From Octopus vulgaris (lineage: Eukaryota), in assembly GCA_951406725.2 (NCBI GenBank), contig OX597816.1:142166001-142230000 (forward strand): a stretch of 64,000 bases of DNA, written 5' to 3'. A program made the position numbers and the translations under genes. The notes under the pieces were generated by a model that had not been told where the DNA came from, ran no database searches, and saw nothing but the letters and a program-made list of their open reading frames with translations. Below, one piece after another: positions 49,043-62,413 of the stretch (its first letter is position 1; every line of letters begins with the position of its first letter).

Positions 49043-49340
49043 GTAAGTTTAAGATTTTGTGTTTAATTTGAATAGGGAATTTATTTGTTGGTGTTTTCAA
49101 GTTGTTAAGCATGCAAAGTGCTTAAACATTCCTAAAGAATTGCATTTTCTAAGATGTGAATATTCTTTTAATTGTGTGTTAATGAATTAGTAATTTAGAA
49201 ATTCAAATTGTCAACATTATAACCCATACATTTTCTTTTTCCTTATTAATTTATAATAAAATACAATTTTTAGAGTCTTTTGTAGCTTTGTTTACATGTA
49301 AAGATTTTAGCAATAATTTTTGTTTTAACGTATATTACAG

Positions 49341-49550
49341 AATCTGACGTCGGCTTTTTTGATGAAAAGACATACATTACCTATGACCTCACCAACTTGC
49401 CAATACCCATACATACTGAACAAGATCTTCTTAGAATCCATTTCAGAACCAGTAAACCTGATGGTGTTCTTTTCTATACAAATGGTGACCAAGGAGACTA
49501 TCTTGCTATAGAATTGAAGAGGGGATACTTGTATCTTCATATTGATTTAG
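49341..49550 (+). CDS. Nrx-IV: Neurexin IV / CNTNAP homologue, exon (LamG1 N-terminal part)
   Basis: ttacag| (E)SDVGFFDEKTYITYDL...RIHFRTSKPDGVLFYTNGDQGDYLAIELKRGYLYLHIDL(G) |gtgagt; 210 nt, phase 1 to 1. Confidence 0.95.
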
Positions 49551-52500
49551 GTGAGTATTTTTTTAATTCATTTTCAGATTGTTTGAAAGTCAGATAATCT
49601 AGTATTAGATTAATCTTTTTGAAAAATGATACCTGCCTGCTGTCAGTTACAATTTAGATTTTGGATAATATAGAAAGCATAAATTGGAATCTGTTTAACA
49701 TTTAACTTCCTCAAAGCTAAGAACTAAAGAATCTGGGTTTTTTTGTTTTGTTTTTTGGGGGTTTTTTTGTGGTGGTGGTGGTGGGGGTTCTTTCTTTTTG
49801 GAGTCCATCAGATGAGTGCTGTACAAATATCCTGTGTCTGATTTTCATGAAAGTTCCATAAAGAAAGATAGAATTCTACAGATTTTCAGTCTGATTTTGG
49901 TTTGTGAGACATAGATACAATAAGTTTAATGATTTCATTATACATGCATTATTTATAGAGTTTTTACTTTTGTTAACTTGGAATTCACTTCTAAATAGAA
50001 AATAGTAAAACAAGCAATTCCTAAGGAACAATCTTTTTTTACTACACTGTAAATAGCTACTGGGGTCTAGGAGAGTTGTCTTGTTTAGAATAAAAGAAAA
50101 TTGCATTTCCAGGGAGATGGATTAACATTAGATATTGTTGTCTCCTGTGGGAATGATATTTTAATATTGTCCTTGTTGTTAACAGCAGAAGAGAACGCCT
50201 GTAAATATGTTAAGATTTATACTACAGAACTCAGAAAACTTTAATAAATATGGAAATAGAATATTAGAAAGATTTATTTTATATGCATGAAGCTCTATGT
50301 GACATAGGCTTAAGGATGTTGCATTGCTGATTTTATATCACTTTGTATTTGCTAGTATGGTTGTTTTTTTTTTATCTTTTAATTTTTGTCTTTGATTAGG
50401 TTTTTGATATATTGATAGCGAACTTGTATAGTCACAAGAGTCTGTTACTCTGTTATTATTAATAATGTTGAGCAGATTATTGGAAAGTTGATTTAACTAC
50501 TGCTTGAAATCTAAACTGATTGTGTTTTTTTTGTGTTTTACTTACTTTTGTCCATCTAGAGTCATATCATAAACTCAATGTTCTTCTCTATTTCTTTTTC
50601 TCCAAGTTATGTCAGCTATAAACATACTCCTATCACCATGTAACTTTAAGATAAATACTATGTTCTCCACATCAACAGTCATAATTTTTAATTTATTTTT
50701 GTTTTATGGTTATCGTATTCTCTTATCTTTTTGACATTAGCCAACTTAAGAAAGTTTAAACTTTTAAACTACTTGTATAATTAAAGAGAAATTATTTAAC
50801 AGAAACCATCAGATATTTATCGCCAACATTTTATCTTGCTAGTATCTTTCAATTTGTTTTTGTTACTGCTAATTTTGTATTAATTTTCACAACTTAATAT
50901 GAAATACTTACTATACATATTCAGAGTTATGTAAGAAGCACTTCATTTCTAGTTCCAATCCTTTTAACTCATGTATCTTCATTGTTTATATGTCTGATAG
51001 CTGCTTTATTTCCATTTCATTTTATTCTCTCAAATTTTATACCATAGTTTCTTCTTACATCCTGTGTATGCATATATTCTCATTAACATCAATCCTGGTG
51101 TTTCCTAGAAATTTATTACCTCATCAATGTTAAAGGTAGAAATAAATACAATTATCATCTTTACAAATTTTTCCTTGGAGACTTGTCATTTCTACATTAA
51201 AAAAAAGGTTGTAAACTCAAGTTAAAGATGTACAAATCTGTGTTAACTAAATTTGCAAGAATCTTGTTTTGTTTTCATGCTGTAAATTTGCTTATCTGAC
51301 TTATAGAAATAGGCAATTTGGGGGAATTTTTGGAATATTTTGTTACCCTTATATCAAAATGTGATTATTTAAAGTTTACAGTGACAAGATTACCAATCAT
51401 CATCAGCATATTTTATCATTACCAGAATTGGATAGTAATTATAAAATAAATAATTAGTCTAGTTAATGCTAAATGATTCTTTGAAATGGAATTTGCTTCA
51501 GATAATTTAACCTTTTCCATTTCTAGCCAAATTATTTCTTTTGGTGTTATTGTAGATATTTCATAAACTCACCTGTTCTAAAGATATTACAGTTAATATA
51601 ATCAAATTGTTACTGTAACATATAACATACTTTTATGTCAACCTATCTGAATATTGATGAGTAACTATGTATTTGCAATTTGTTTCTTCTATATGTTCCT
51701 TGCATGCATTGCTGTGGCTGTTTTCCTTAGTTTAACATAATATTTGGCTGTGTTTTGGCTTTGGTTTTCCTATGTTAGAATGAAAGATGAATTTTGTCAG
51801 TTAACAATGATGGTTAAAATACAGAATGTTATACTGGATATTTGCTGCAGTTTAAATGGAGGAAAAATGTGTGAGAAACTATGTAAAGTTTGTTGTAAGG
51901 TCGAACAATAACTGTCATTGCACTTGTATCTAATTATGTGCCTGTAATATTATAGTTTCATTTCTATAGAATATGGACTGTTTTCAGTGTGTTTGCTTCA
52001 TTCTTGTAAGCAATTCTCAGAAATCTTCTCATTAGCTTGACTGATTGTATTTTTATGAGCTAGACTTTCGAACCAGTTATTGCAGTGTGAATGGAAAGCA
52101 AAGTTTATTGGCTTCTATTACTACCATTGCCAACTCAGTTTTAAGGACAAACACTCACAATATGTAAAGAATTGCATTAGAAAAAAAAAGTCTCTTTTGA
52201 GACACTATGAATAAAATTTAATCTCTTACTGTAGTCATCATTCACAGTTTGAGTATACAGCAGGAAATACATTTGATTTAGAATGGGTCATATTTATTTC
52301 TGGTTAAACCATGAGCTTTTATGACCAAGTGTATATTCCAAATACAATAAACTTTACATCACAAATCTATATCATTTGCATATATTTTTTATTACTTTTG
52401 GCAATGTAACTTTGAAGATATGAATAAGCAAAATAGGTATTCCCCCACCCAAAGCAATTTATATCTCATTATGAAAATATCTTACATACATACTTGGTTT

Positions 52501-53142
52501 TGTTGAATCAGTTTTTAGCTGTGAACTAAGTAGGTGGGATTACAGATTTGAAAAGAAAATACATTATTTTAAACTATTTGTGAAAGTGAAATATTGAAGA
52601 CATATTTTGGGAAAAGCTTGTTGAAGTATTAAACACATGTTAGAGGTTTCTTTAATGATTTTCTTCTGCATGTGTTTGTATATGTATTTTTCAGCATATT
52701 AAATTGATTTTTAAAAATAGTATCTATTAAATGAAGATGTAGATGGCAAATTTAGTAATGTGGTAGAAACAAATTTGTTAAATCCCTTAATGTTCAAAGT
52801 TCAAATTATACTGGAGTTAACTGGGAATTTTGTCTTTCTTGGATTGATAAAATCTACATGGCTTAAGTATTGTCTTTTCCCGCACACTTTGCAGTCCCCA
52901 TAACTACATTATTGATTTTTATTTCTCATAGCTTTGAAATGAAATGGTTTTATTAACAATTAAGACATAACCTAATATTCTTCATATCCAAAGCATAGAA
53001 TTGAATTTTCAATAACTGGTATTTCAAAATTTTTCATTACTTTGTAGAAATTGAGTTTACCATGCCATTTAATATATTTATAACACATCAGTTTCACAAT
53101 TGGCACCTTTCATCTACGTGTTGTTCACATTTGTATTGTAAA

Positions 53143-53505
53143 AGGTGCAGGCATGGCTGTGTGGCAAGAAGCTTGCTTCCAAACAACATGGTTCAGTCCC
53201 ACTGCGTGACACCTTGGGCAAGTTTCTTCCACTATAGCCTTGGGTCAACCAAAGCCTTGTGAGTGGATTTAGTAGATGGAAAGTGTAATAAACTCATTGT
53301 ATGTGTGTTTATGTGTCCCCCCACCACCACTGCTTGACAATTAGTGTGTTTACATCCCCATAACTTAGCAATTTGGCAAAAGAGATTGATAGAATAAGCA
53401 CCAGACTTTAAAAAATGTTCTGGGGTCAATTCATTCAACTAAAATTCTTCACGGTGGTGCCCCAGCATGGCCACAGTCTAATAACTGAAACAAGTAAAGA
53501 ATAAA
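53143..53505 (+). mobile_element. tRNA-derived octopus SINE
   Basis: Full-length homologue of the 20550 copy. Confidence 0.88.
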
Positions 53506-53599
53506 ATGATAATAGTTTCTTGGTATGTATAGTGATTGTGACTTTGTGTTGTTGAAGGCAACAAACCAAGAATGGCCTGATTGTATGATGTTTTCAAAG

Positions 53600-53960
53600 T
53601 TTCCATTCATAGAGTCATTGTAGGTTTAGCATGAGGTATCTAGGTTGCATGTAGATGGTGTTAGGTGTGTGGAAAGTTAGGAAGGAATGGAGGGTGGTAT
53701 TCTCTGCATAAGAGTGGGCATTGTTGAAGGCAATGGCAAGTAGATTGTTGATGACTAGGAGGAAGGATGTATGGGACAAAACCAAACTTTGGGGCACACC
53801 ATAGTTGAAAGGGTTACAGAGAATTCCATCAGCAAAATACCGTGATGAGGAAGTCCATGAGATTAGAGACAGATGGATCCCAGAGGCAGACAGTTTTGCC
53901 AAGAAATTTGTGTGGTTGGCACTGCTGATGTCAAGTACAATGACAATATTTTAACCAAAT
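53600..53960 (-). mobile_element. CR1-like LINE RT fragment
   Basis: YGVPQSLVLSHTSFLLVINNLL...HSYAENTTL is a decayed GVPQGSVLSP.LF...YADD. Confidence 0.8.
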
Positions 53961-54869
53961 TTCTCAAAAAGCATATGTAATGTTAGTGCAGATCCTGATG
54001 CTACTGGACTTTTCTGTCTTCTGCAACTTGTTAGCTGTCTTAGCCCATGCTGTTTTTGTCTTTTCTTCCAATAGATTCTGAAATCAGAATCAAATCATCA
54101 GCATAGAAAAGTTGCAAAGAATAACAAGTCCTAAGAATCTTGAAAAATATCGTTGTATATTCCTCACTGAATTCAATACCAATCCTAACTTATATATAGT
54201 CTGAACTACACCACCTGCTTACAGAACATGGAACCCAGTCGAAGGGTTTTTGTTTTAATCAATAAATGTAAAGTGTGGGTCTTGCTTTTTTTTTTTTTTT
54301 GTTCAGTTTACTTACTGGGAATAAGGTGTCCATGTTTCCACCTCTTAAGACAAATTAAAACTATATGTTGTTCAACTGAACTTTATCTTGTACTAACTAA
54401 TATTATTAACTCTTCTACCATTTTCATCAATCAATTCTTTAAGTCCCAACAGACTGCTCTACCATATCTAGCACTTAATAATTTTGCTGACATTGCAGCC
54501 ATTAGAGTAAATACCTTTCTAGATAACCTGATTTAACTATAACAGTGACTAATGTAATACCAGATCATTCCAGGCCATCATCAGCTCAATAAATACAGAT
54601 TTAACTGCTACAAGTTTCACTTCTAGTCTCTCTTTCAAGTCCATTGTGGTTAGCCTCTCTCTCTCTTTTACCCCCACACATTCATACGCTCAATTATATT
54701 CTTAGTTCAACACCTTCATTATGACACCACCAGTCTTTGTCTTAATCTTTTCTGTGCTCATTTTATTTGGTAGTGCATTTGGTTAAAAATCAAATACTTC
54801 CTATTTACTATCGAGTTGCATTCATCAAACATTCTATGATTTAAGCATTTTTATCTTTCTCACAACAGC

Positions 54870-55450
54870 CCTATTTCCGTATTGGCATGGATTTGTCAGT
54901 TCTGTTACACAGCAAAGTTATGTCATCCATGGTGCTCATCTTCTTGAGGTCTAACTTCATCATTTATTTCCATGTCCTCCCTCATTTTCCTCTATTGCAG
55001 ACCTCTGTTAGCACAGATTTTTACACAACACTCACTGTTTGTCTCCATACAAATACATTCATCTTTCCCACTAACTTCATCTGATATCTTTAATACCTTG
55101 ATATTTTTCCAACATACTTGTACTCCTTTTTCATGCAGCTTAACACTACACATTGAAAGATCAGACTTAACCCATTTCTCTCCAGCCTTCCACTGGTCTT
55201 GTACATTCAATGCCTCTGTCCTATACTTTTTTACACTTCTTACAGTCTATTGTCTTTTGCACAAAGAGAAAACCATTTCATTGCCACCAGAATAGCTTCT
55301 TTTGAACTTCTTCCAGCTCTTCCTTGTGCACCATAGTATTATATTGAACTCTGGTTTTTGTCATGTTGACTTTCAAGTTTTTGAACTCAAGTCTATTCTT
55401 TCTAGTTTAGAAAATGTTTCTGCATCTTTTCAACAGACCCTTCAAGTCAT
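54870..55450 (-). mobile_element. Degenerate RTE LINE C-terminal fragment
   Basis: Diverged similarity to 40044-40604 (atacttgtactcct, ccatttctctccagccttccac resembling GRPRKTW). Confidence 0.5.
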
Positions 55451-55879
55451 CAAGACATAAAATTAATTTCCAATTCTGAACTTTAGTATTAATTTTTAGG
55501 GACAAAAAGACTATAAGGAAATAGTGTGGTATTGAAGATAGAGGTCTTGTGAATGCCAGTATTCATAGCAGATTTTTCACAGTGCTATTCTTAATCTTTC
55601 TCACAACACCCTCATGTATTCCTTCAATGGCTTTTACATGCCATTCATAAATATTTAAAAACCTCTTTATTATTAGTTTTTTTTTTCTAATTCTAGCATA
55701 ACTCCTTTTGAGAAATTAGATTGCTTTATAAATTTTTAAATCAATTTCTATATTTTAGTTTTCATCTACTTAAGTCTTTAAATTTTCTGTTGTGAAATAT
55801 AATAGCAAAAAGTTATATTGAAGTGGAGCAAACTGATTTGAAAGAAGGTGAATATATAATTTTGTTTTAATGATGACAG

Positions 55880-56058
55880 GTTCAACACAAATGAGCCGTG
55901 GAGCCTCTACACTAGTGGGAGGAAGCATGTTAGATGATCATCAGTGGCATGATGTAATCTTACAACGTAAAAAGAAGAAAATCACATTAATAGTTGACCG
56001 TTTGGAGACTATTGAAGATGCCAATGGCGATTTCTTTCGGTTGGACATTGACAGTCAG
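55880..56058 (+). CDS. Nrx-IV: Neurexin IV / CNTNAP homologue, exon (LamG1 middle)
   Basis: gacag| (G)STQMSRGASTLVGGSMLDDHQWHDVILQRKKKKITLIVDRLETIEDANGDFFRLDIDSQ |gtaagg; 179 nt, phase 1 to 0. Confidence 0.95.
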
Positions 56059-56329
56059 GTAAGGAAGTATTTTAAGCCTTTCTTTATTCTGTAATATATT
56101 GACATTGTTTCTATGTTTCATCAGTGGTAACTTAAATTCAGAAATATGACTAGTTGTATATTTCTGAGTTGCACTTTTCTTGACATGTGATTTAATCCCA
56201 GATCATAAGACTAAAACATTTATATTGTAGTGGGCATTGAAGCCATCAAAACATACAGGCACCTATAGTCATGACCTATATTATATAGGTCATGAAAGTT
56301 ATAGAGAAGATCATAGGTCATTAAAGTTA

Positions 56330-57635
56330 CAGACAGGGTGTTAATTTTTTGTCTAATCAGAAAGAGAATTAGCCTGGTAGAGATGAAGTTTGGTTTTTGT
56401 GCTAGCGAGATGCACTACTTATGCTATCTTCCTGGTAAAGTAACTGCAGGAGAAACATATGGTCAAGAATAAACCTCTGTACTTAGCTTTTGTTGACTTG
56501 GAGAAAGCTTTTGACAGAGTCCCCCACTTCCTCCAAAGCTAAAGATAGATGAGTGGTTGGTGAGAACTGTACAAGCCATGTCCAGGGATACTGTCAGTAA
56601 GGTGAAGGTCAGCAGTGAGTATATCAATTACTTTAGTGTACAAGTAGTTCACCAAGGATTGGTTGTCAGCACCCTCTTGTTTAACATAGTTCTCCAGGCC
56701 ATAACAGGAATTTAAGTCTAGCCTTTCTTGGGAGCTCCTTTATTTTGATAACCCTGTTCTTATAGTTGAATCACTACTTAAACCAGAGTAGAAATTTCAA
56801 GTGTGGAAGCAAGGTTTGGAATCTAAGGGCCTTAGAGTTAATTTAGCAAAGACCAAAGTCTTGGTAGGTAGGAAAATGAACAAATCATAGATTCCTTCAT
56901 GAAGACAGTCCTGGTCAGTATGTAGGAAAAGTGTTGGTAGAAACTCCATGCAGTGTACACAGTGCAAGCTATGAACACATAAGAGGTGCAACAGTATCAC
57001 TGGAAGGTTAACTGAGAAAGTAGTCTTTGTGTAAGGCAGATGTACAGGCACATTAAACACTAAGAACAAACAGAGAATAGACTTCTTCATATGTCGCTGG
57101 AGGGATTACCTAGGTGATTGAGTTAGCAGTGAAGGAGGAAGTTCTGAAAGTGTAATTTCCAGAATGAGAACCAGCTGGGCAAAGTTCTGGGAGCTACTAC
57201 CTTTGTTGGTAACAAAGGGTCTCAACTTTAGAGTGAAAGGCAGATTATATGATGCCTGTATATGTACAGCTATGCTACATGGTAGTGAAAGATGAGCTAT
57301 GGCTACAGAGGACATGTGAAGGCTTGAAATAAATTAAGCCAGCATGCTCTGTTGGATGGGTAATGTTAGTGTGTGCATGTACAACAAAGTATAAATTAAG
57401 AGAAAACTTGCATATAAGAAGCATCAGTTGTAGCATGTAGGAGAGAAAACAACATAGGTATGGTCATGTGGTGCATATGGATGAGGACAGCTGCACAAAG
57501 AAGTATCTCTAAGTGTGAAGGGAACCTTTGGAAGGAGTAGACCCAGGAAGACATGGGATGAGTGGTGAGAAAGCATATTCACTGAGGAGATGACAAGGGA
57601 CCAAGACTTCTGATGGTTTGCTGTGCCTCAAAAGT
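56330..57635 (+). mobile_element. RTE LINE relic: RT, PHD-like insert and C-terminus
   Basis: LYLAFVDLEKAFDRVP, HQG..STLLFNIVLQAI, GLRVNLAKTK, LYDACICTAMLHGSE, GRSRPRKTWD; frameshifts and stops. Confidence 0.9.
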
Positions 57636-58339
57636 CACATCAAGCTGAGTATCATCCATACATTCAGGCATGGCCTGGCCATGCCCATCACTTCCTCAAT
57701 CGGCCAAGTGGTCCCTGGCTTGCAGATGCTGGTTCCACGTATAAAGCACCCATGCCAGTGCCACATATAAAGCACCCATGCTAGTACTATATAAAAAGCA
57801 CCCAGTGCCCTCTGTACAATGGTTGGCATTAGGAAGGGCATCCAAACATAGAAACCATGCCAAAACACAGGGGCCTGTGTAGGTCACCAACTGACCAGCT
57901 CCTCTCTAACCATCCAATCCAATGGATGTCTGATGGTGATGGTATTCTTATATTATTTTGTATCATTATCATATTTTTCATGATTTTACAAAATATGGCC
58001 ACTAGAATTAGTAGAATGAATTGAACTGGTGACGTAATAAATTGTGGCATACTGTAACAAAAACTGAAGGTAATTTATGAAGTGGAATCTTTCATAAGAG
58101 AAGCCTTTTCCATTCTTGAACCAAGACAACATGATTTTTCCGAATCTTCTTTCTTGTATATACCTACCATTAGTAGGGTACCTTTCATTGGTAATAAAGG
58201 AGTTTAAACAAGATCCTTTGTTTGTGTTAGAGATAAACTATTTTTAAAAAATGGGATGATGGGCACAGCTAAAATAACTGGCATCAAAACAAAGGTGGTA
58301 GTTATTCTAGAACAATGACACTCGATTGCTACAAGATTG

Positions 58340-58555
58340 TTTTATTTTTCACTTGTTTCGATCATTAGACTGTGGCCATTCTGGGGCACTGACTTAAAGA
58401 GTTGTTTTAGTCAAATGAATCAGCCCCAGCACTTATTTTTGTTAAGCCTGGTACTTATTCCATTGGTCTCTTTTGCTGAAATGCTAAGTTACAGGGATGT
58501 AAACACACCAACACTGGTTGTCAGTCGGTAGTGGGGGACAAACAGACACAAAGAT

Positions 58556-58607
<52 letters not shown>

Positions 58608-58725
58608 TGCTTCTTCCAGTTTCCAGCTCCCAAGTTCATTCACAAGGCTTTGGTCAGCCTGAGGTTATAGCAGAAGACACTTACCCAAGGTGCCATGTGT
58701 TTGAGAAAAAAGATTCTCGCCACAC
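58340..58725 (-). mobile_element. tRNA-derived octopus SINE with internal (CA)n
   Basis: Reverse complement of the 20550 family; (CA)n at 58557-58602. Confidence 0.85.
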
Positions 58726-60517
58726 TTGGCCTTAGTGAGTTCAGTATCAGCTTAATTAGTATTTATTAGCTGTTAGATTCTCTACCAAATCTAGTGTTAG
58801 TAGAGTTACAAAAAGAAAATAATTTTGTAAACATTTTAAATCCCTGAGAATTCTATACCTTCACTTGCAACTAATATATATGTATTATAAAAGATTTGAT
58901 CATGTAGCTTAATGTTTCAAATACTTTCAATTTCATTCCCCTTCTTCCTGTGGGTTTTGTTTTCCTTTTATTGATTGGTTTGGTTGTGAGATGGGGCCAT
59001 ACCAATAGCCTTCATGTGTGCTTTACAATCCTGCTAGTGGTGTAAAGCACATGGGGCAGCGCCATGTAAAAGCAGCCATGCAGAGTCTGTGCAACACCAT
59101 GTAAAACATCCATGTAGTGCCACATAAAAGCACCCAGCACACTCTGTAAAGTAGTTGGCATTAGGAAGGGTATCCAGCCATAGAAACCATGCCCATCAGA
59201 CTGGAGGGTAGTGCAGCTCCCCAGCTTGACAGCTCTAGTCAAACCACCCAAACCAAGCCAGCATAGATAACAAATGTCAAATGTTGATGATGATGATCAA
59301 CATCATTTTATTGTCCATTTTCCCTTGCTTGCATAGGTCTAATGGAATTCATTGAAGCAGATTTTGTATGGCTGAGTTGGAATGCCCTTCCTGTCACCAA
59401 ACAAGGGGAATGTTTTTCCATGGCTGGATATGTTGCACAGAAAATTGGAAATGAATGTCACTGCTTATATGACTGACATTTGTTTACAAATATCATGTGA
59501 TATCAAGTCTAGAAGACAAAAACACATATGCACTCTCTTACATATATCATCATCATATATGTTTACACACACTTAGGTAACTCTTCAGCTAGAAAACCTT
59601 TAAAATACCTACCTCCACTGCTAATTAGTTCACCAAGCTATGAGAAGCTATCAACTACTGAGGAGCCCTTCAAACATTTAAAAGAATTTCATGGGTGTTC
59701 CTATTACTAATTTATGCATATACTCTATACAAAGTCCTTCTGTGCCAGCCTACTTTTGATCTAGCTGCATCACTTGTGCACCTATAACTCACATTTGGTA
59801 CACTATGTGGGATCTTTACATATTCCTTTTCAGTCTAGTGAGCATGGTCACTTCCCAGATGGTGGCAGGGACTTGCCTTCTGCCAACTAAAACAATTCCA
59901 AATTTCACTTCTACACTTGTAATTTCTTTTGTAATTCTTCAATAGATTCAGTTATAAGGACTAGTTCATTGACACAGAGTAATGCCCACAGACTCCTCTG
60001 TTATGGCCTAGAGAACTATAATGTGGGAGAGAAGAGAATAGTGCCCTGATGGATACCTACCTGAACTTGTTGCTAACTCCTATCTTGCTGACATCTTTTC
60101 CTCTTTCTCTCTCTCTCCCCACCCATATAAATTATAAAAAAACTTTAAAGAAATACATTTTGCCACTATTCATCTTCTCAGCCTGATTTATGTAATACTT
60201 TTTCTCATCAATAAAATATTAGATTGGAAAAATTGACAGCTTGTTTATAACTGAAATTTATAGAAACCTATTTCAATAAATGAAAGTAAATATTTTGGTA
60301 TGTTTTATAAGTTGAAATGACAAAGTATTTTCTCAAACATTTATCAAACTATTATCAATATTGTCAACTTTCTGAACAGTTAAAGCAGTCAATACCAATT
60401 TCACTTTTGCTGATGTATGTATGTGTGTACTTTTGCTTTGTTTATTATGTAAATAATTTCTATTTTATTATGTAAATAATTTGTTTTATGTAAATAATTT
60501 CTGCTCTATTTTCTCAG

Positions 60518-60685
60518 CTTTTTGTTGGTGGTTTGCCAACCTTTACTAAGCCTGGCATTACTGTTCGCCACAATTTTTATGGTTGTATTGAAAATGTAGT
60601 TTTCAACAATCTGAGACTTATTCGTGATGCTAAACAACAGCTGCCAAGATATAGTATTCATGGTACACCTGCTTATTCTTGTCAG
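60518..60685 (+). CDS. Nrx-IV: Neurexin IV / CNTNAP homologue, exon (LamG1 C-terminal part)
   Basis: ttctcag| LFVGGLPTFTKPGITVRHNFYGCIENVVFNNLRLIRDAKQQLPRYSIHGTPAYSCQ |gtaagt; 168 nt, phase 0 to 0; FVGG...FxGCI motif. Confidence 0.95.
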
Positions 60686-62381
60686 GTAAGTTTATTTTGT
60701 TACTATGAGAGAAGTTGCATTAGCAGTATATGTAGCTGAAGTCTTTCAGCAAAGTTATTTCTTTTTTCCTGATCAGACACTAGTTATTTCCCATATTTAA
60801 GGTCATCAATATTGTGTTGTTGGAGAGATATGAGATTCTGCAGTCTGAGACTTAATAATAGTTCTCTCTTTGTTTTTCAATTGGATGTTTAAACTTCGAA
60901 CAGGATAAAATCATTACATTTTATATTCCAGTATGAAAAAGGAGAAAACTTAAAAATCAAGTTATTATCTAAGATAGATGATAATCTAGAAGAAAGAATT
61001 GCAAATAGATTAGTTTTTCAGGAATGTTAGATGTTAGTTTTGATGAATGAGATGATGCATTACAGATTTTATTAAAGGTTTACTATTGAACAAATATATC
61101 CAACTAGGGAAGATATTATGATAATGATGATACTTAAAGGTATATTTTGCTATCACTGCCCTGCTAACATGATGTAGCCAAGTAGCTTGCATATAGCTTT
61201 TAATATCATACACTTGTCAGATTGATGATGCTGTATTAAGTTGTAATCTCAGTGGTCTGAATTTACAAGCTGGTTTTGATTTCATTTGAAACTGATTCAT
61301 TTATATCATTAATGTCAAAGGTGAGGTTGGTGTGACTTATATTTATCTTGATCTTCTATACATTAATATTTGTTGGGGAATATATGAAGTGGGGGAGATC
61401 TTGAGCAGTATAAATCCGAGACAGAAGGATTGGATAAAAGGTCAGTATGGAATTCAGTGGGAAAAACATAGCAGAAAGGAGGAAAGGAGAAGAGATGGGT
61501 GCATTGATTAAGTTTGGATGGAAGGGGTAGACAATTTGATCATTTGGAAAAACAGAAACTGTCATAGTATATGAGTAGAAGGAACAAGAGGATACTGAAT
61601 ATCAATTCAGTAGCGATTGTAGCATATTGGTAAATGAAGGCTTACTGATAAGTCAGATTGTGTCTGTGGTCCAGAATGATCATTTGTTGAGAAATAACAC
61701 TGTTCCAGTTATATTGTCAGTGCTGTAATGCAGAGCACATGTGTGTCTTGCAGAGAGAGCTGAAGTATTTTCTGAACTTGAAAAGAAAACCTTTCATTTG
61801 GAAATGTAAAGATTTTCACAGTAGAATAATTTTACTGTGAAGACTGCTACTTTGGTATTGATTTAAGTTCAGTTTTGGGTTAACTTTCTACTCTTAATGT
61901 CATGACAGTTGAAGATGTTATTTCATTATAGGGGTTAGCTGCCTATTTGGTGCCTGTATAGTTGTTCTATGTTGCTTGTTCTATCCTTATCTATGAGAGT
62001 TGATTTTAAACATTGCAAAGGAAAAATGGAAATGCTTGGTTAAGCTCTACATTTTACAAGGAATAATGTAGTCCTGAACTGCTTGTAATTTACAAAAAGC
62101 ATTCTCATAATTGAATATTCCAAATATTTTTAATAGATTGAAATTTTGGAAATCTCCCAAAATGATCTGGATCCCCCCCTCCTGCTTATTACTTCTGTAA
62201 TACTCAGTAAGGAATGCAAAACACAAAAGAATTTCTGCTTTGGTAAATTTCTTTTCTCATTGATGTTTAAACCACAAGTATTTATGGTATTTATATATTT
62301 TTAGATTTCTACTTAGTGCTGTTCAACTAAAGCAAAGCAACATTTATCACTTCCTTCATTTGAATAAATCTGAGAAAGTGC

Positions 62382-62413
<32 letters not shown>

